A DNA stretch of 64,000 nt from Clostridia bacterium (GTDB lineage Bacteria; Bacillota; Clostridia; Christensenellales; Borkfalkiaceae). Location: contig CAAGGZ010000098.1 in assembly GCA_900769545.1 (NCBI GenBank), positions 3,941 through 67,940 of the forward strand, read 5' to 3'. Both the position numbers and the translations under genes were made by a program. Below the pieces are notes generated by a model, which was given only the letters and a program-made list of their open reading frames with translations, did no database searches and was not told the DNA's origin. Positions within the stretch are counted from its first letter, which is position 1. Every line of letters starts with the position of its first letter. Shown one piece after another: positions 47,108 to 57,263 of the stretch.

Positions 47108-47980
47108 ATGAACAGAAAATTTGACGTAATCACGGATACGGCTTGTGATATGCCGAAGGAATATCTTGAAAAACACGGTGTAGTGGCGGTGCCGCTCGGC
47201 TTTACGATGGACAACGTAAACTATGAAGGGGACTCGGGAGAAAAGATGGATCCCAAAACCTTTTATGCGAATCTTAGAGACGGTAAAATGCCCACCACGT
47301 CGCAAGTTACTTCCGAACAGGCGAAGGGCTATATCGAGGACAGCCTGAAAAAGGGTAACGACGTTTTGATTATTACCTTTTCCTCGGGACTTTCGGGCAC
47401 TTCTGGGAGCTTTTTCGTTGCCGCAAGAGAGCTTTCTAAACAATATCCCAAGCAGACCATCAAAGTGGTGGATAGTCTTTGCGCTTCCATGGGGCAGGGG
47501 TTGTTGCTCGATTACGTTTTGAAAAAGGCGGAGACGGGTTGCTCGTTGGAAGAAACGGCGCAGTATGCGGAGGATTTGAAGCTCCATATTTGTCATCACT
47601 TCACGGTAGATAATCTGTTCCATTTGAAGCGTGGCGGCAGAGTTTCCGCGGCAACGGCGGTTGTGGGGACGATGCTCAAGATTAAACCTATCATGCACGT
47701 GAGTGATGAGGGAAGACTGGTGGCAATCGGTAAAACGGTAGGCAGAAAGAAGTCTTTGGCGCATTTGGTGGAAAATCTTGTGGCGACCAATGAAATTCAG
47801 GACGGAGATCCTATTTTTATCAGCCACGGCGATTGTATAGAGGATGTGGAGTACGTGAAAACGCTGTTAAAAGCAAAATTCCCCAATACGGAAATTATGG
47901 TAAATTACGTAGGGGCGGTTATCGGGGCGCACTCCGGTTGCGGTACGGTAGCCATTTTTAACATTGGTAAGCATAGATAA
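47108..47980 (+). CDS. DegV family fatty-acid-binding protein
   Basis: VITDTACDMP N-terminus and a SSGLSGT motif. 290 aa. Confidence 0.85.
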   Translation: MNRKFDVITDTACDMPKEYLEKHGVVAVPLGFTMDNVNYEGDSGEKMDPKTFYANLRDGKMPTTSQVTSEQAKGYIEDSLKKGNDVLIITFSSGLSGTSGSFFVAARELSKQYPKQTIKVVDSLCASMGQGLLLDYVLKKAETGCSLEETAQYAEDLKLHICHHFTVDNLFHLKRGGRVSAATAVVGTMLKIKPIMHVSDEGRLVAIGKTVGRKKSLAHLVENLVATNEIQDGDPIFISHGDCIEDVEYVKTLLKAKFPNTEIMVNYVGAVIGAHSGCGTVAIFNIGKHR

Positions 47981-47985
47981 AGAAA

Positions 47986-48009
47986 AGAGACCCTATCGGG
48001 TCTCTTTTT
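47986..48009. terminator. Bidirectional terminator between degV and ktrA
   Basis: AGAGACCC-TATC-GGGTCTCT flanked by A- and T-runs. Confidence 0.8.
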
Positions 48010-48020
48010 GCATGTGGAAT

Positions 48021-48668
48021 TTAATCTTTTGAAAAATCTAAAAGTTTTTTGGTGTTTCCGAATACCAACATATGGTCGTCTTTTTCAAAAACGTAGTTGG
48101 CGTCTAAGGAATCGACGATGGTTGAACCTTTTTTCACTGTCAAGATATTCAAGCCGTATTTTTGACGGGGATTTAGCTCTATCAGCTTTTTGCCAATCCA
48201 ATTGGGAGGGGCAGAAAGCTCGAAAATAGAGTATTCGGAATTTAATTCAATATAGTCGAAAACGTTATTGGAGTTGAGTTTAACAGCCAATTTTTCCGCA
48301 ATATCTCTGTCGGGATAAATGACTTCATCTGCACCGCTTCTAAGTAAGAATTTTCTTTGGATTTCTGTGGTAGCTTTGGAAACTACCCATTTTGCGCCAA
48401 GCTCTTTAAGTAGAGAGGTGATTTCTAAAGACGATTGAAAATCGTCGCCAATCGCAACTACGCAGGCGTCAAAAGAAGGGATATCCAATACCTTTAAATT
48501 ATCCTCGTTCATGCAGTTGGTAATCAATGCATCGGTATATTTTGCGGAGAGTTGATTGATTTTATCTTCGTCTTTGTCTACAATCATAACTTCAACGTTC
48601 ATGTCTAATAATTTTTGTCCGAGCGTTTGTCCAAACTTACCCAGACCGATTAGGAGAATAGATTTCAT
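48021..48668 (-). CDS. ktrA: Potassium uptake protein, NAD-binding subunit (KtrA/TrkA family)
   Basis: LLIGLGKFG Rossmann motif. 215 aa. Downstream of ktrB. Confidence 0.85.
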   Translation of the reverse strand: MKSILLIGLGKFGQTLGQKLLDMNVEVMIVDKDEDKINQLSAKYTDALITNCMNEDNLKVLDIPSFDACVVAIGDDFQSSLEITSLLKELGAKWVVSKATTEIQRKFLLRSGADEVIYPDRDIAEKLAVKLNSNNVFDYIELNSEYSIFELSAPPNWIGKKLIELNPRQKYGLNILTVKKGSTIVDSLDANYVFEKDDHMLVFGNTKKLLDFSKD

Positions 48669-48685
48669 AATGTACCTCGCTTATA

Positions 48686-50047
48686 TCATCCGATCAGCAC
48701 GTTGCCGATAGGCTTTTTAATTTCAGATGTGTCTTTTTTCTCGCCGAAAGCTAATCCCAAGGTTAAAATACCGACTCTTCCTGCGTACATCAGCATAATT
48801 AGAATGATTTTGGACGCAATGGAAAGGGTAGGGGTGAGATTAAGGGATAGACCTACTGTACCCATTGCGGAAAAGGTTTCAAATAAAACCGCTTGAAATG
48901 TTGCTACCGAATTGTCTCGCTCGATAGCGCAAATAAGCAAAGTTGCCGTTAAAATAATAAATAAACAGGAAACGAATACGGCAAGCGCTTGTCTTAACAA
49001 GGAATTATGGATTCGTCTTTTACCCAGTTCAATATCACGATTGCCGCGAAAAACGGATAAAATCCCCATAATAATAACAAATGTCGTGGTAATTTTGATA
49101 CCGCCTGCGGTAGAAGCGGAGCTTCCGCCGATAAACATTAGCATTAACATCAATAAATAGCTGCTATCCGTTAAATGGGAAAAATCTATGGTGTTAAAGC
49201 CTGCCGTTCGAGGGGTTACGGAATTAAAGAAAGAAACAAGAAGCTTTTCCCAAAAATTAAATTGCGTATAATCGGGGTTTGCTCGTTCAAATATAAAAAA
49301 TAAAAAAGTGGGAACAACAAGCAATACTCCGGTCACAGTAAGTACGATTTTGGTATGTAAATTAAATTTACGTATTTTAAATTTACATTCCAACACGTTA
49401 TCCCATACGCAGAAGCCGAGCCCGCCTATTAAAATGAGTCCCGCAACAGTTAAGCAAACTAGGGGGTCAACGGTAAAATTCGTAAGGGAAACAAAAGTCT
49501 CGCTTCCAAATACGCCGCCCATGAGGTCGAACCCTGCGTTGCAGAATGCGGAAACGGAGTGCCAAACGGAATAATAAATACCCTTTCCAACACCCATGTA
49601 TGGGATGAACCGAATGGAAAGAAGAATTGCGCCAACGCTTTCAAATAATAAAGTACCGAGTAAAATTCTTTTGAATACGCGTTTGATTTCGTTTCTGTTA
49701 CTTTCACCTGCGGACAGCATGAGCAATTTACTCTTTGCCAATCCCATATTTCTGCCCAAAATATTAAAAAGCACGGTAACAAATGTCATAAAGCCCAATC
49801 CACCCAGCTGGATTAGACAAATGATAACGATTTGTCCGAATAAGCTCCAATGCGTATTTGTATCATAGGTGACAAGTCCCGTTACGCAGGTGGCGGATGT
49901 GGAAGTGAATAGAGCGTTTAGAAAAGTGGTTTCCCCTTCTTTTGTTGCAATCGGCAATAAAAGGAGCAATGTACCGACAAGAATAGAGAGGAGAAATCCC
50001 AACGCTAATATTTGTGAAGCAGATAGTTGTAATCGTTTATGTTTCAT
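48686..50047 (-). CDS. ktrB: Potassium transporter membrane subunit (KtrB/TrkH family)
   Basis: 453 aa, polytopic, with TATCVTGL and NAGF pore-loop-like motifs. Confidence 0.85.
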   Translation of the reverse strand: MKHKRLQLSASQILALGFLLSILVGTLLLLLPIATKEGETTFLNALFTSTSATCVTGLVTYDTNTHWSLFGQIVIICLIQLGGLGFMTFVTVLFNILGRNMGLAKSKLLMLSAGESNRNEIKRVFKRILLGTLLFESVGAILLSIRFIPYMGVGKGIYYSVWHSVSAFCNAGFDLMGGVFGSETFVSLTNFTVDPLVCLTVAGLILIGGLGFCVWDNVLECKFKIRKFNLHTKIVLTVTGVLLVVPTFLFFIFERANPDYTQFNFWEKLLVSFFNSVTPRTAGFNTIDFSHLTDSSYLLMLMLMFIGGSSASTAGGIKITTTFVIIMGILSVFRGNRDIELGKRRIHNSLLRQALAVFVSCLFIILTATLLICAIERDNSVATFQAVLFETFSAMGTVGLSLNLTPTLSIASKIILIMLMYAGRVGILTLGLAFGEKKDTSEIKKPIGNVLIG

Positions 50048-50053
50048 AGTGTA

Positions 50054-50082
50054 ATTTTATCATATTTATATTTGTTTGTCAA
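50054..50082 (-). promoter_or_regulatory. Sigma-70-type promoter of ktrB on the minus strand (leaderless candidate)
   Basis: The minus strand reads TTGACA, 17 nt, TAAAAT. The -10 ends 6 nt before the ktrB ATG (50047), and there is no SD. It overlaps the trmO stop. Confidence 0.5.
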
Positions 50083-50768
50083 TCGCTTGTTACCGAAAGT
50101 ACGTTCAGTTTGCCGTTTGCAACGGTGAATTTTATCTCAAAATCGGCAAAATTCATACCGTAAATTCTTGTCGGATCGTCCTGATAAGAAGGGCGAGGGT
50201 CATCGGCAAGGCATTGAAGAAGTCCCTCCCGTTTTTCAGGTGGTAACAGGGACAAAAGCTCTTTAGGAAACGATACTTCCAAATGGTAATTTTCAAACTC
50301 TCCCGCATAACCCGAAGTGGCGTCTAAATGGCAATCCGCATGGGGCAGGTATGGCTTCACGTCGAAAATTGGCGTTCCGTCCAAAAGATCTGCGCCCGAT
50401 ACAACGAGCACGTCGCCCTCCTCTTTCGTGTGTTTTATTTCTTCCAATTTCACGCAGGAAAGCCCGATGGGATTGGGGCGAAAAGGGGAGCGGCTTGCGA
50501 ACACGCCTACACGCCTATTTCCGCCGAGCCTTGGCGGACGGACAGTGGGAGACCACTCACTTTTATGCGCTTTGGAAAAATCGAACAGCAGCCAAAGATG
50601 AGAAAAACCCTCGATTTCGCGTAATGCGTTCGCATTTCGGTATTCGGGACAGAATACAATTTCGGCGAGGAGCGCAGGCGCTCTGCCGCTCTGTCTAGGG
50701 ATTCCAAATTTCTCTTTAAAATCCGTTCGGATATAGGCGATAGGGGAAATAATGAGTTGATTGTTCAT
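50079..50768 (-). CDS. trmO: tRNA (t6A37-N6)-methyltransferase TrmO (TsaA/YaeB family)
   Basis: IAYIRTDFKEKFGIPRQ and RPNPIGLS motifs. Confidence 0.8.
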   Translation of the reverse strand: MNNQLIISPIAYIRTDFKEKFGIPRQSGRAPALLAEIVFCPEYRNANALREIEGFSHLWLLFDFSKAHKSEWSPTVRPPRLGGNRRVGVFASRSPFRPNPIGLSCVKLEEIKHTKEEGDVLVVSGADLLDGTPIFDVKPYLPHADCHLDATSGYAGEFENYHLEVSFPKELLSLLPPEKREGLLQCLADDPRPSYQDDPTRIYGMNFADFEIKFTVANGKLNVLSVTSD

Positions 50769-50850
50769 AACAATACTATTATAAAATTTAAGAGCTCTTT
50801 TGTCAAGCGGATTTTTTTCAAAAAAACGTTGCTGTTCCCTATGAAAATCG

Positions 50851-50879
50851 TTGAAAAAAATTATCGTTTATATTATAAT
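50851..50879 (+). promoter_or_regulatory. Sigma-70-type promoter of metF
   Basis: TTGAAA, 17 nt, TATAAT. Confidence 0.6.
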
Positions 50880-50911
50880 GTAGAAATAGCTTTTCTATAA
50901 CGAGGCGCAAT

Positions 50912-51799
50912 ATGAAACTTACGGAAATTTTTAACAAAAATCAATACTCACTTTCCTTTGAGGTGTTCCCGCCCAAAACGGACGACGTATACGACTCCGT
51001 CAAGACGGCAACCGAGGAGATTGCTAAACTTCGCCCTGCTTTCATGAGTGTTACTTACGGCGCAGGCGGCGGTACGAGCAAGTACACCCTCGACATAGCG
51101 AAAAACATCAAAAACGAGTACGGTATTCCCTCGCTTGCGCATTTGACTTGCGTATCGTCCACGAAAGAGACGGTGCTTGCGCGCATTGAGGATTTCAAAG
51201 CGGCAGGGATTCAAAACGTCATGGCGCTCCGAGGGGATATTCCTGCGGATATGCAGGGGGAAGACCGCTCGAATTGGGCATATCGCCATGCGGTGGACTT
51301 GATTAAGGAAATCAAGGCGAGCGGCGCAGATTTTTGCATTGGCGGAGCTTGTTATCCCGAAGTGCACCCCGAAAGTAAAACACAGAAAGAGGATATTTTG
51401 CGCTTAAAAGAAAAGGTGGACGCAGGTTGCGAATTTTTAACGACGCAGATGTTTTTCGACAACAACCTCTTGTATAATTTCTTGTATAAAATTCGTGAGG
51501 CAGGCATTACCGTGCCCGTGGTGGCAGGGATTATGCCCATTACCAATGCAAAACAGGTGGAGCGCGCCATTCATCTTTCAGGCTCGTTTATGCCTCAACG
51601 CTTTAAGAGCCTTGTAGATAAGTTCGGCTCTGACCCTGCCGCTATGAAACAGGCAGGGATTGCGTATGCAACCGACCAAATCATCGATTTATTTGCAAAC
51701 GGCGTTACCAACGTGCACGTATATTCTATGAACAAACCCGACGTGGCGGCGACCATTCAAGCCAATCTGTCGGCAATTTTAGGCAAAGATGCGCAGTGA
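50912..51799 (+). CDS. metF: Methylenetetrahydrofolate reductase
   Basis: SFEVFPPKT, SVTYGAGG and LRGD motifs. Confidence 0.9.
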   Translation: MKLTEIFNKNQYSLSFEVFPPKTDDVYDSVKTATEEIAKLRPAFMSVTYGAGGGTSKYTLDIAKNIKNEYGIPSLAHLTCVSSTKETVLARIEDFKAAGIQNVMALRGDIPADMQGEDRSNWAYRHAVDLIKEIKASGADFCIGGACYPEVHPESKTQKEDILRLKEKVDAGCEFLTTQMFFDNNLLYNFLYKIREAGITVPVVAGIMPITNAKQVERAIHLSGSFMPQRFKSLVDKFGSDPAAMKQAGIAYATDQIIDLFANGVTNVHVYSMNKPDVAATIQANLSAILGKDAQ

Positions 51800-52373
51800 G
51801 CTCTGGTGTAAAACATATACCGCTCCGCCAATTAACGAGCGTGAAATATTGCGCTATGCAGGCTGTAAAGGGGAAAAAGATAGCTCTATCGAGCAACTTT
51901 TAGCCGAGTGTTTGGCGGAAAGTCAAGCCGTTTTTACCTATCGGGCTTGCGGACGGTTGTTTGACGTGAAACAGCAAGACGGCGAACTTTTTATCGGCTC
52001 TATGTCGGTGAAAAGTCAGGCTTTGACGGCGCGCTTGCAAGGCTGTGACAAGGCGGTGGTTTTTGCGGCAACGGTAGGGCTTGGGATAGATAGACTTATC
52101 GCCAAATACGCAGAAGTTTTTACGGCAAAAGCGTATCTATTGCAGGCAATCGGGGCGGAACGTATTGAGGCGCTCTGCGACGCAGTTTGCGCGGAAATCG
52201 GCTCGCAAAAAGCAAGATTTAGCCCGGGGTATGGGGATTTTCCTTTGGAAAAGCAAAAAGAGATATTTGAAACGCTTGATTGTTACAAAAAAATCGGGCT
52301 GAGTTTAAACGATAGTCTATTGATGACGCCAACAAAATCGGTTACGGCGATTGTGGGGATTGAAAAAGTATGA
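51789..52373 (+). CDS. Methionine synthase activation (SAM-binding) domain protein, stand-alone
   Basis: 194 aa. SPGYGDFPL is typical of the MetH reactivation domain. Overlaps metF by 11 nt and metH by 4 nt. Confidence 0.7.
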   Translation: MRSELWCKTYTAPPINEREILRYAGCKGEKDSSIEQLLAECLAESQAVFTYRACGRLFDVKQQDGELFIGSMSVKSQALTARLQGCDKAVVFAATVGLGIDRLIAKYAEVFTAKAYLLQAIGAERIEALCDAVCAEIGSQKARFSPGYGDFPLEKQKEIFETLDCYKKIGLSLNDSLLMTPTKSVTAIVGIEKV

Positions 52374-54799
52374 ACGTAAAAGAATTTTTACAACAAAATA
52401 CCGTGTATTTAGACGGGGGAACGGGCACGCTGTTACAAGCGGCAGGGCTTCCTTTAGGGGAGCTTCCCGAACGGTGGAACCTTTCCCGCGCCGACGTGGT
52501 ACAAGACATACACAGGCGTTATTTCGAGGCAGGCAGTAACATTGTCGCGACCAATACGTTTGGCGCAAACATTTTGAAGTTCGAGAAAGCGGAGCTTGAA
52601 AAAATCGTCTGCGCGGCGATTGCAAACGCAAGAGAAGGGGCGCGTAAAGCCAACGCTTGTCAAGAAAAGTTTATCGCGCTGGATATAGGCCCAACGGGAA
52701 AGTTGTTAAAGCCTTACGGCGATTTTGCCTTTGAGGACGCGGTGGCGTGTTTTGCGGAAACGGTGAAATTGGGCGTAAAATACGGTGTGGATTTAATTTT
52801 CATCGAAACGATGAGCGATTCCTACGAGACCAAAGCGGCGCTCCTTGCCGCAAAGGAAAATAGTAACTTACCCGTATTCGTTTCCAACGCCTACGGAGAG
52901 GATAGTAAGCTGATGACGGGCGCTTCGCCGTCCGCTATGGTGGCAATGCTCGAGGGTATGGGCGCAGACGTTATCGGGGTGAATTGCTCGCTTGGTCCTA
53001 AACAGATGGGAAAGGTCGTGGCGGAGCTTTTACAAAAAGCTTCCGTACCTGTACTCGTAAAGCCGAATGCAGGCTTGCCGAAATCTGTAAACGGACAAAC
53101 CGTGTACGATTTAACGGCAGAGGAGTTTGCAAAAGAAACGGCGAAGTTTGTGGAAATGGGCGCAAGATGCGTAGGCGGTTGTTGCGGTACTACGCCTGCA
53201 TATATACAGGCTCTTTGCGAGGCAACGAGAAATATTCCCGCTAAGCCGATAGAAGACAAACAAATCACTTGCGTGTCCTCCTACACACGTGCGGTGGAGT
53301 GCACTCGTCCGATTTTGATTGGGGAGCGTATCAATCCTACGGGCAAAAAACGCTTTAAACAGGCGTTATTGGAAAGGGATTTTTCTTATATTTTGAGCGA
53401 GGGTATTGCGCAACAGGAAAAGGGAGCGCACGTCCTCGACGTCAACGTCGGTATGCCTGAAATCGATGAAAAGACGGAGCTTCCCGACTATATCGAACGT
53501 TTACAGGCGGTTATTGATTTGCCTTTACAAATCGATACGTCCGACCCTGTCGCTATGGAACGCGCTCTGCGCCTTTATAACGGCAAGGCGTTGGTCAATT
53601 CCGTCAACGGGAAAAAGGAAAGTATGGCGGCGGTGTTGCCGCTCGTACAAAAATATGGCGGCGTGGTGGTTGCGTTGACGTTGGATGAAAACGGTATTCC
53701 CGAGTCGGCGGAAGAGAGAGTGAAAATCGCTGAAAAAATTATTGCGGAAGCCGCAAAATACGGCATTTCCAAGAAAGATATTTTGGTTGATCCGCTCGCT
53801 ATGACGGTGAGCGCGGATAAAAATGCCGCAAACGTTACGCTGCAAGCGGTAAAAATGCTTTCTCAAAGAGGGATTAAGACTTCGCTGGGCGTTTCCAACG
53901 TTTCCTTTGGATTGCCTGCAAGAGAAATCGTCAATGCGGTATTTTTCACGCGCGCGTTGGAAAACGGTTTGTCGGCGGCGATACTCAACCCCAATTCCGC
54001 GGAAATGATGAAGGCGTATTACGCTTTTCTCGTTTTGAATGCGCAGGACGAAAATTGTGCCAATTATATCCGTTTTACAACGGAGGAGCTCCCCAAATAC
54101 ACGCCGATAAGCGGCAACGCAGCGACGGCTTCGGCGAACGCAGAAACGAGCGGAAAAACACCTTTAAAAACGGCGATAATCAAAGGTATGAAAGAGAATG
54201 CGGCTTCGGCTAGCAAAGAGGTTTTAAAGGTAAAAGAAGCCTTAAAAATCATCGATGAGGAAATCGTTCCTGCGCTCGATGAAATCGGCAAAGCCTACGA
54301 AGAAAAACGCGCGTATTTGCCACAGCTTTTGATGAGCGCAGAAGCGGCGAAAGCTGCGTTTGAGCAGATAAAGCTTCACCTTTTAAAAACGGGTAAAAAC
54401 CGTGAAAAGAAATGCAAGGTGGTGTTGGCGACGGTGCAGGGGGACATTCACGACATTGGTAAAAATATCGTCAAAACGCTGCTTGAAAATTACGGTTTTG
54501 AAGTGCTTGATTTGGGCAGAGACGTTGCGCCAATAGCCATTGTAGAAGCGGTGGAAAAGGAAAACGCGCCCATTGTAGGGTTGTCGGCGCTTATGACGAC
54601 GACGGTGCCGTCTATGGAAGAAACGGTGCGGTTATTGAAAGAGCGTGCGCCTGCCTGTAAGATTATGGTCGGTGGAGCGGTACTCACCGCCGAGTACGCA
54701 AAAAAAATCGGAGCGGACGGCTACGGCAAAGACGGTATGGCGGCGGTGCGGTTCGTGGAAAGCGTTTACGAAGGGTTAAAAGATGAAAAGGCTTTTTAA
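52370..54799 (+). CDS. metH: Methionine synthase core (Hcy-binding, pterin-binding, B12-binding domains; no activation domain)
   Basis: LDGGTGT and GGCCGTTP (Hcy Zn site), the pterin module, and GDIHDIGKN (DxHxxG B12 motif). Confidence 0.88.
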   Translation: MNVKEFLQQNTVYLDGGTGTLLQAAGLPLGELPERWNLSRADVVQDIHRRYFEAGSNIVATNTFGANILKFEKAELEKIVCAAIANAREGARKANACQEKFIALDIGPTGKLLKPYGDFAFEDAVACFAETVKLGVKYGVDLIFIETMSDSYETKAALLAAKENSNLPVFVSNAYGEDSKLMTGASPSAMVAMLEGMGADVIGVNCSLGPKQMGKVVAELLQKASVPVLVKPNAGLPKSVNGQTVYDLTAEEFAKETAKFVEMGARCVGGCCGTTPAYIQALCEATRNIPAKPIEDKQITCVSSYTRAVECTRPILIGERINPTGKKRFKQALLERDFSYILSEGIAQQEKGAHVLDVNVGMPEIDEKTELPDYIERLQAVIDLPLQIDTSDPVAMERALRLYNGKALVNSVNGKKESMAAVLPLVQKYGGVVVALTLDENGIPESAEERVKIAEKIIAEAAKYGISKKDILVDPLAMTVSADKNAANVTLQAVKMLSQRGIKTSLGVSNVSFGLPAREIVNAVFFTRALENGLSAAILNPNSAEMMKAYYAFLVLNAQDENCANYIRFTTEELPKYTPISGNAATASANAETSGKTPLKTAIIKGMKENAASASKEVLKVKEALKIIDEEIVPALDEIGKAYEEKRAYLPQLLMSAEAAKAAFEQIKLHLLKTGKNREKKCKVVLATVQGDIHDIGKNIVKTLLENYGFEVLDLGRDVAPIAIVEAVEKENAPIVGLSALMTTTVPSMEETVRLLKERAPACKIMVGGAVLTAEYAKKIGADGYGKDGMAAVRFVESVYEGLKDEKAF

Positions 54800-55619
54800 A
54801 ATTCTTTTGGCGGTTTGCATACTTGTTTGTCTGTGCGGTTGGATTGTATGGGGAAACACTGCCATACAAATCAACGAATATACCGTAAAAAGCGAGCGTT
54901 TACCTGCCGAATTTTCTGGTTTTCGTATTGCGCAGGTTTCCGATTTGCACAACGCCGAGTTCGGGGATAACAATGCAGAGCTTGTGAAAAAGCTCCAAAA
55001 GACAGAGCCCGATATTATCGTACTGACAGGGGATTTGATAGACTCCCGAAAAACAAAGATAGACGTGGCGGTGCAGTTTGCTTCTGCGTGTACGAAGCTC
55101 GCGCCGACTTACTACGTGAGCGGTAATCACGAGAGTCGTGGGGGCTATGAAACGCTGAAAGAAGGCTTGTTATCCGTGGGCGTTATTCTTTTGGAAGATA
55201 CGGAAACGTTTATTGAAAAGGACGGGGCGCGTATTCGATTGGTTGGCGTGGTTGACCCTGATTTTCGTAAAAACGTGTATGAGACGGATACCGACTATAT
55301 GCAAAAAACTCTGTCAAAGTTTTCTTGGGGCGCGGAATATACCGTTTTGTTATCGCATAGACCCGAATTGTTTGCTTGCTACGTAGCAGTAGACGCAGAC
55401 CTTGTTTTTAGCGGTCATGCGCACGGCGGGCAGTTCCGTTTGCCTTTTATCGGGGGGATGTTTGCGCCCGACCAGGGATTCTTTCCAAGTTATGACGCAG
55501 GACTGTATACACAGGAACAAACGAATATGTTGGTGAGCCGAGGCTTAGGAAACAGTCTGTTTCCTTTCCGAGTGAACAACCGACCTGAAATCGTTGTGGC
55601 AACGCTCGTGAATGCTTAA
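54783..55619 (+). CDS. Metallophosphoesterase (calcineurin-like)
   Basis: SDLH, GDLID, GNHE and GHAHGGQ motifs, with an N-terminal TM. Overlaps the metH end by 17 nt. Confidence 0.8.
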   Translation: MKRLFKILLAVCILVCLCGWIVWGNTAIQINEYTVKSERLPAEFSGFRIAQVSDLHNAEFGDNNAELVKKLQKTEPDIIVLTGDLIDSRKTKIDVAVQFASACTKLAPTYYVSGNHESRGGYETLKEGLLSVGVILLEDTETFIEKDGARIRLVGVVDPDFRKNVYETDTDYMQKTLSKFSWGAEYTVLLSHRPELFACYVAVDADLVFSGHAHGGQFRLPFIGGMFAPDQGFFPSYDAGLYTQEQTNMLVSRGLGNSLFPFRVNNRPEIVVATLVNA

Positions 55620-55716
55620 ATTATGCAAAAGTGACAAAATATACAGAAGTTTATACATTTATGCAGAATATACACAAAATATTCAAAAAACTTGAAAAAT
55701 AAAGGCGTAAAATAAT

Positions 55717-55745
55717 TTGACAAACGGAAAATATGGGTGTATAAT
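55717..55745 (+). promoter_or_regulatory. Sigma-70-type promoter of argG
   Basis: TTGACA, 17 nt, TATAAT with TG upstream. Confidence 0.65.
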
Positions 55746-55746
55746 G

Positions 55747-55783
55747 ATTGCATAAATCAAAAATTATTCAATATTTATGCAAA
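55747..55783 (+). promoter_or_regulatory. ARG-box-like operator candidates
   Basis: ATTGCATAAATCAAAAAT and ATTCAATATTTATGCAAA each match one half well against the WNTGMATAWWWATKCANW-type consensus recalled from ArgR/AhrC literature. Confidence 0.35.
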
Positions 55784-55811
55784 AATTCATCTTGAAAGGA
55801 GACATAGAATT

Positions 55812-57035
55812 ATGGACAAGAAAGACATCAAAAAAGTAGTGCTCGCATACTCGGGCGGTTTGGATACCTCGATTATCATTCCCTGGCTCAAAGAAAATTA
55901 CAACAACTGCGAAGTTATCGCAGTCAGCGGTAACGTAGGTCAGGCGGACGAATTGGACGGTTTGGAAGAAAAGGCGCTCAAAACAGGCGCTTCCAAGCTC
56001 TACGTAGAAGATTTGACGGACGAATTTGTAGACGAATACGTTATCCCCACGATGCAGGCAGGGGCTAAGTATGAAGAATATTTGTTGGGTACTTCCTTTG
56101 CGCGTCCCGTAATCGCAAAGCGTATTGTCGAGATTGCGAAAAAGGAAGGGGCAGACGCTATCTGCCACGGCTGTACGGGTAAGGGTAATGACCAGGTACG
56201 TTTTGAGTTGACGATTAAAGCCTTTGCGCCCGATATGAAAATCATCGCGCCTTGGCGTGAATGGTCGATTAAGTCCCGCGAAGAGGAAATCGACTATGCA
56301 GAAGCGCACAACGTGCCTTTGAAAATTAACCGTGAAACCAACTATTCTAAGGATAAGAACCTTTGGCATTTGAGCCACGAGGGTTTGGATTTGGAGGACG
56401 CTGGTAACGAGCCGCAGTATGAAAAGGAAGGATTCCTTGAAATGGGTGTTTCGCCGTTGCAGGCTCCCGATAAGCCCACGTATGTGGAAATCGATTTTGA
56501 AAAGGGTAAACCCGTTGCGCTCGACGGCAAAAAGATGAGTGCGAAAGAGATTATTTTGGCGCTCAACAAGGTAGGAGGCGAAAACGGTATCGGGCTTTTG
56601 GACATCGTAGAAAACCGTTTGGTGGGTATGAAGTGTCGCGGCGTATACGAAACGCCGGGCGGCGAAATTTTGTATAAAGCGCACAGCTATTTGGAAACGC
56701 TCTGTTTGGATAAATACACAGCGCATAAGAAGCAGGAGCTTTCGGTATGTTTTGCAGAGCTTGTCTACAACGGACAGTGGTTTACCCCTCTTCGTGAAGC
56801 GTTGACGGCGTTTGTAGACAAGACGCAGGAAAACGTAACGGGTAAAGTACGTTTGAAGCTGTACAAAGGCAACATTATCAAAGCCGGCGCGTGGAGCGAC
56901 TATTCCTTGTACTCGGAAGAAATTGCAACGTTCGGTGAAGACCACGTTTACAATCAAGCTGACGCAACGGGCTTTATTGAATTGTTCGGATTGCCTATTA
57001 AGGTGCAGGCGCAAGTCAACCAGAAAAACAAGTAA
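55812..57035 (+). CDS. argG: Argininosuccinate synthase
   Basis: [12 protein letters not shown]; start after aaggag. Confidence 0.92.
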   Translation: MDKKDIKKVVLAYSGGLDTSIIIPWLKENYNNCEVIAVSGNVGQADELDGLEEKALKTGASKLYVEDLTDEFVDEYVIPTMQAGAKYEEYLLGTSFARPVIAKRIVEIAKKEGADAICHGCTGKGNDQVRFELTIKAFAPDMKIIAPWREWSIKSREEEIDYAEAHNVPLKINRETNYSKDKNLWHLSHEGLDLEDAGNEPQYEKEGFLEMGVSPLQAPDKPTYVEIDFEKGKPVALDGKKMSAKEIILALNKVGGENGIGLLDIVENRLVGMKCRGVYETPGGEILYKAHSYLETLCLDKYTAHKKQELSVCFAELVYNGQWFTPLREALTAFVDKTQENVTGKVRLKLYKGNIIKAGAWSDYSLYSEEIATFGEDHVYNQADATGFIELFGLPIKVQAQVNQKNK

Positions 57036-57134
57036 AACGACGTATGTACGTCGCATTTCTACGTTGCTGTTCGGTTACATACTAACGGTATGCGCCCTCA
57101 CAGCGCCTTGAACTGCTCGTATCTCCGCCGTTTT
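57036..57134. repeat. Intergenic sequence related to 22497-22679
   Basis: CGACGTATGTACGTCG hairpin and GCGCCTTGAACTGCTCGTATCTC. It is followed by a heptamer array. Confidence 0.45.
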
Positions 57135-57165
57135 AAGTGCGAAATGCGAAGTGCGAAATTGTGGC
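57135..57165 (+). repeat. Heptamer array (3 units)
   Basis: AAGTGCGAAATGCGAAGTGCGAAATTGTGG. Confidence 0.8.
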
Positions 57166-57263
57166 AGAGTTTTTTTAAATAAAGCTACAACGTCGGCAAA
57201 GTTGCCAATTTGCGATTGACAAAGTCAATCAATTCACATATCAGTCATTGTACGGAGAAAAAT

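Noticed and set aside
48021-50047. The visibly AT-richer ktrAB block (and the 24860-26200 lipoprotein block) as horizontally acquired islands
   Set aside because: I could not compute composition. There are no flanking repeats, tRNA or mobility genes. Membrane and secreted protein genes are often AT-richer. The question is left open and nothing is claimed.
55764-57056. 430-aa ORF antisense to argG
   Set aside because: It covers the argG frame exactly and has an implausible composition (very Arg/Phe/Val rich). argG itself has unambiguous motifs.
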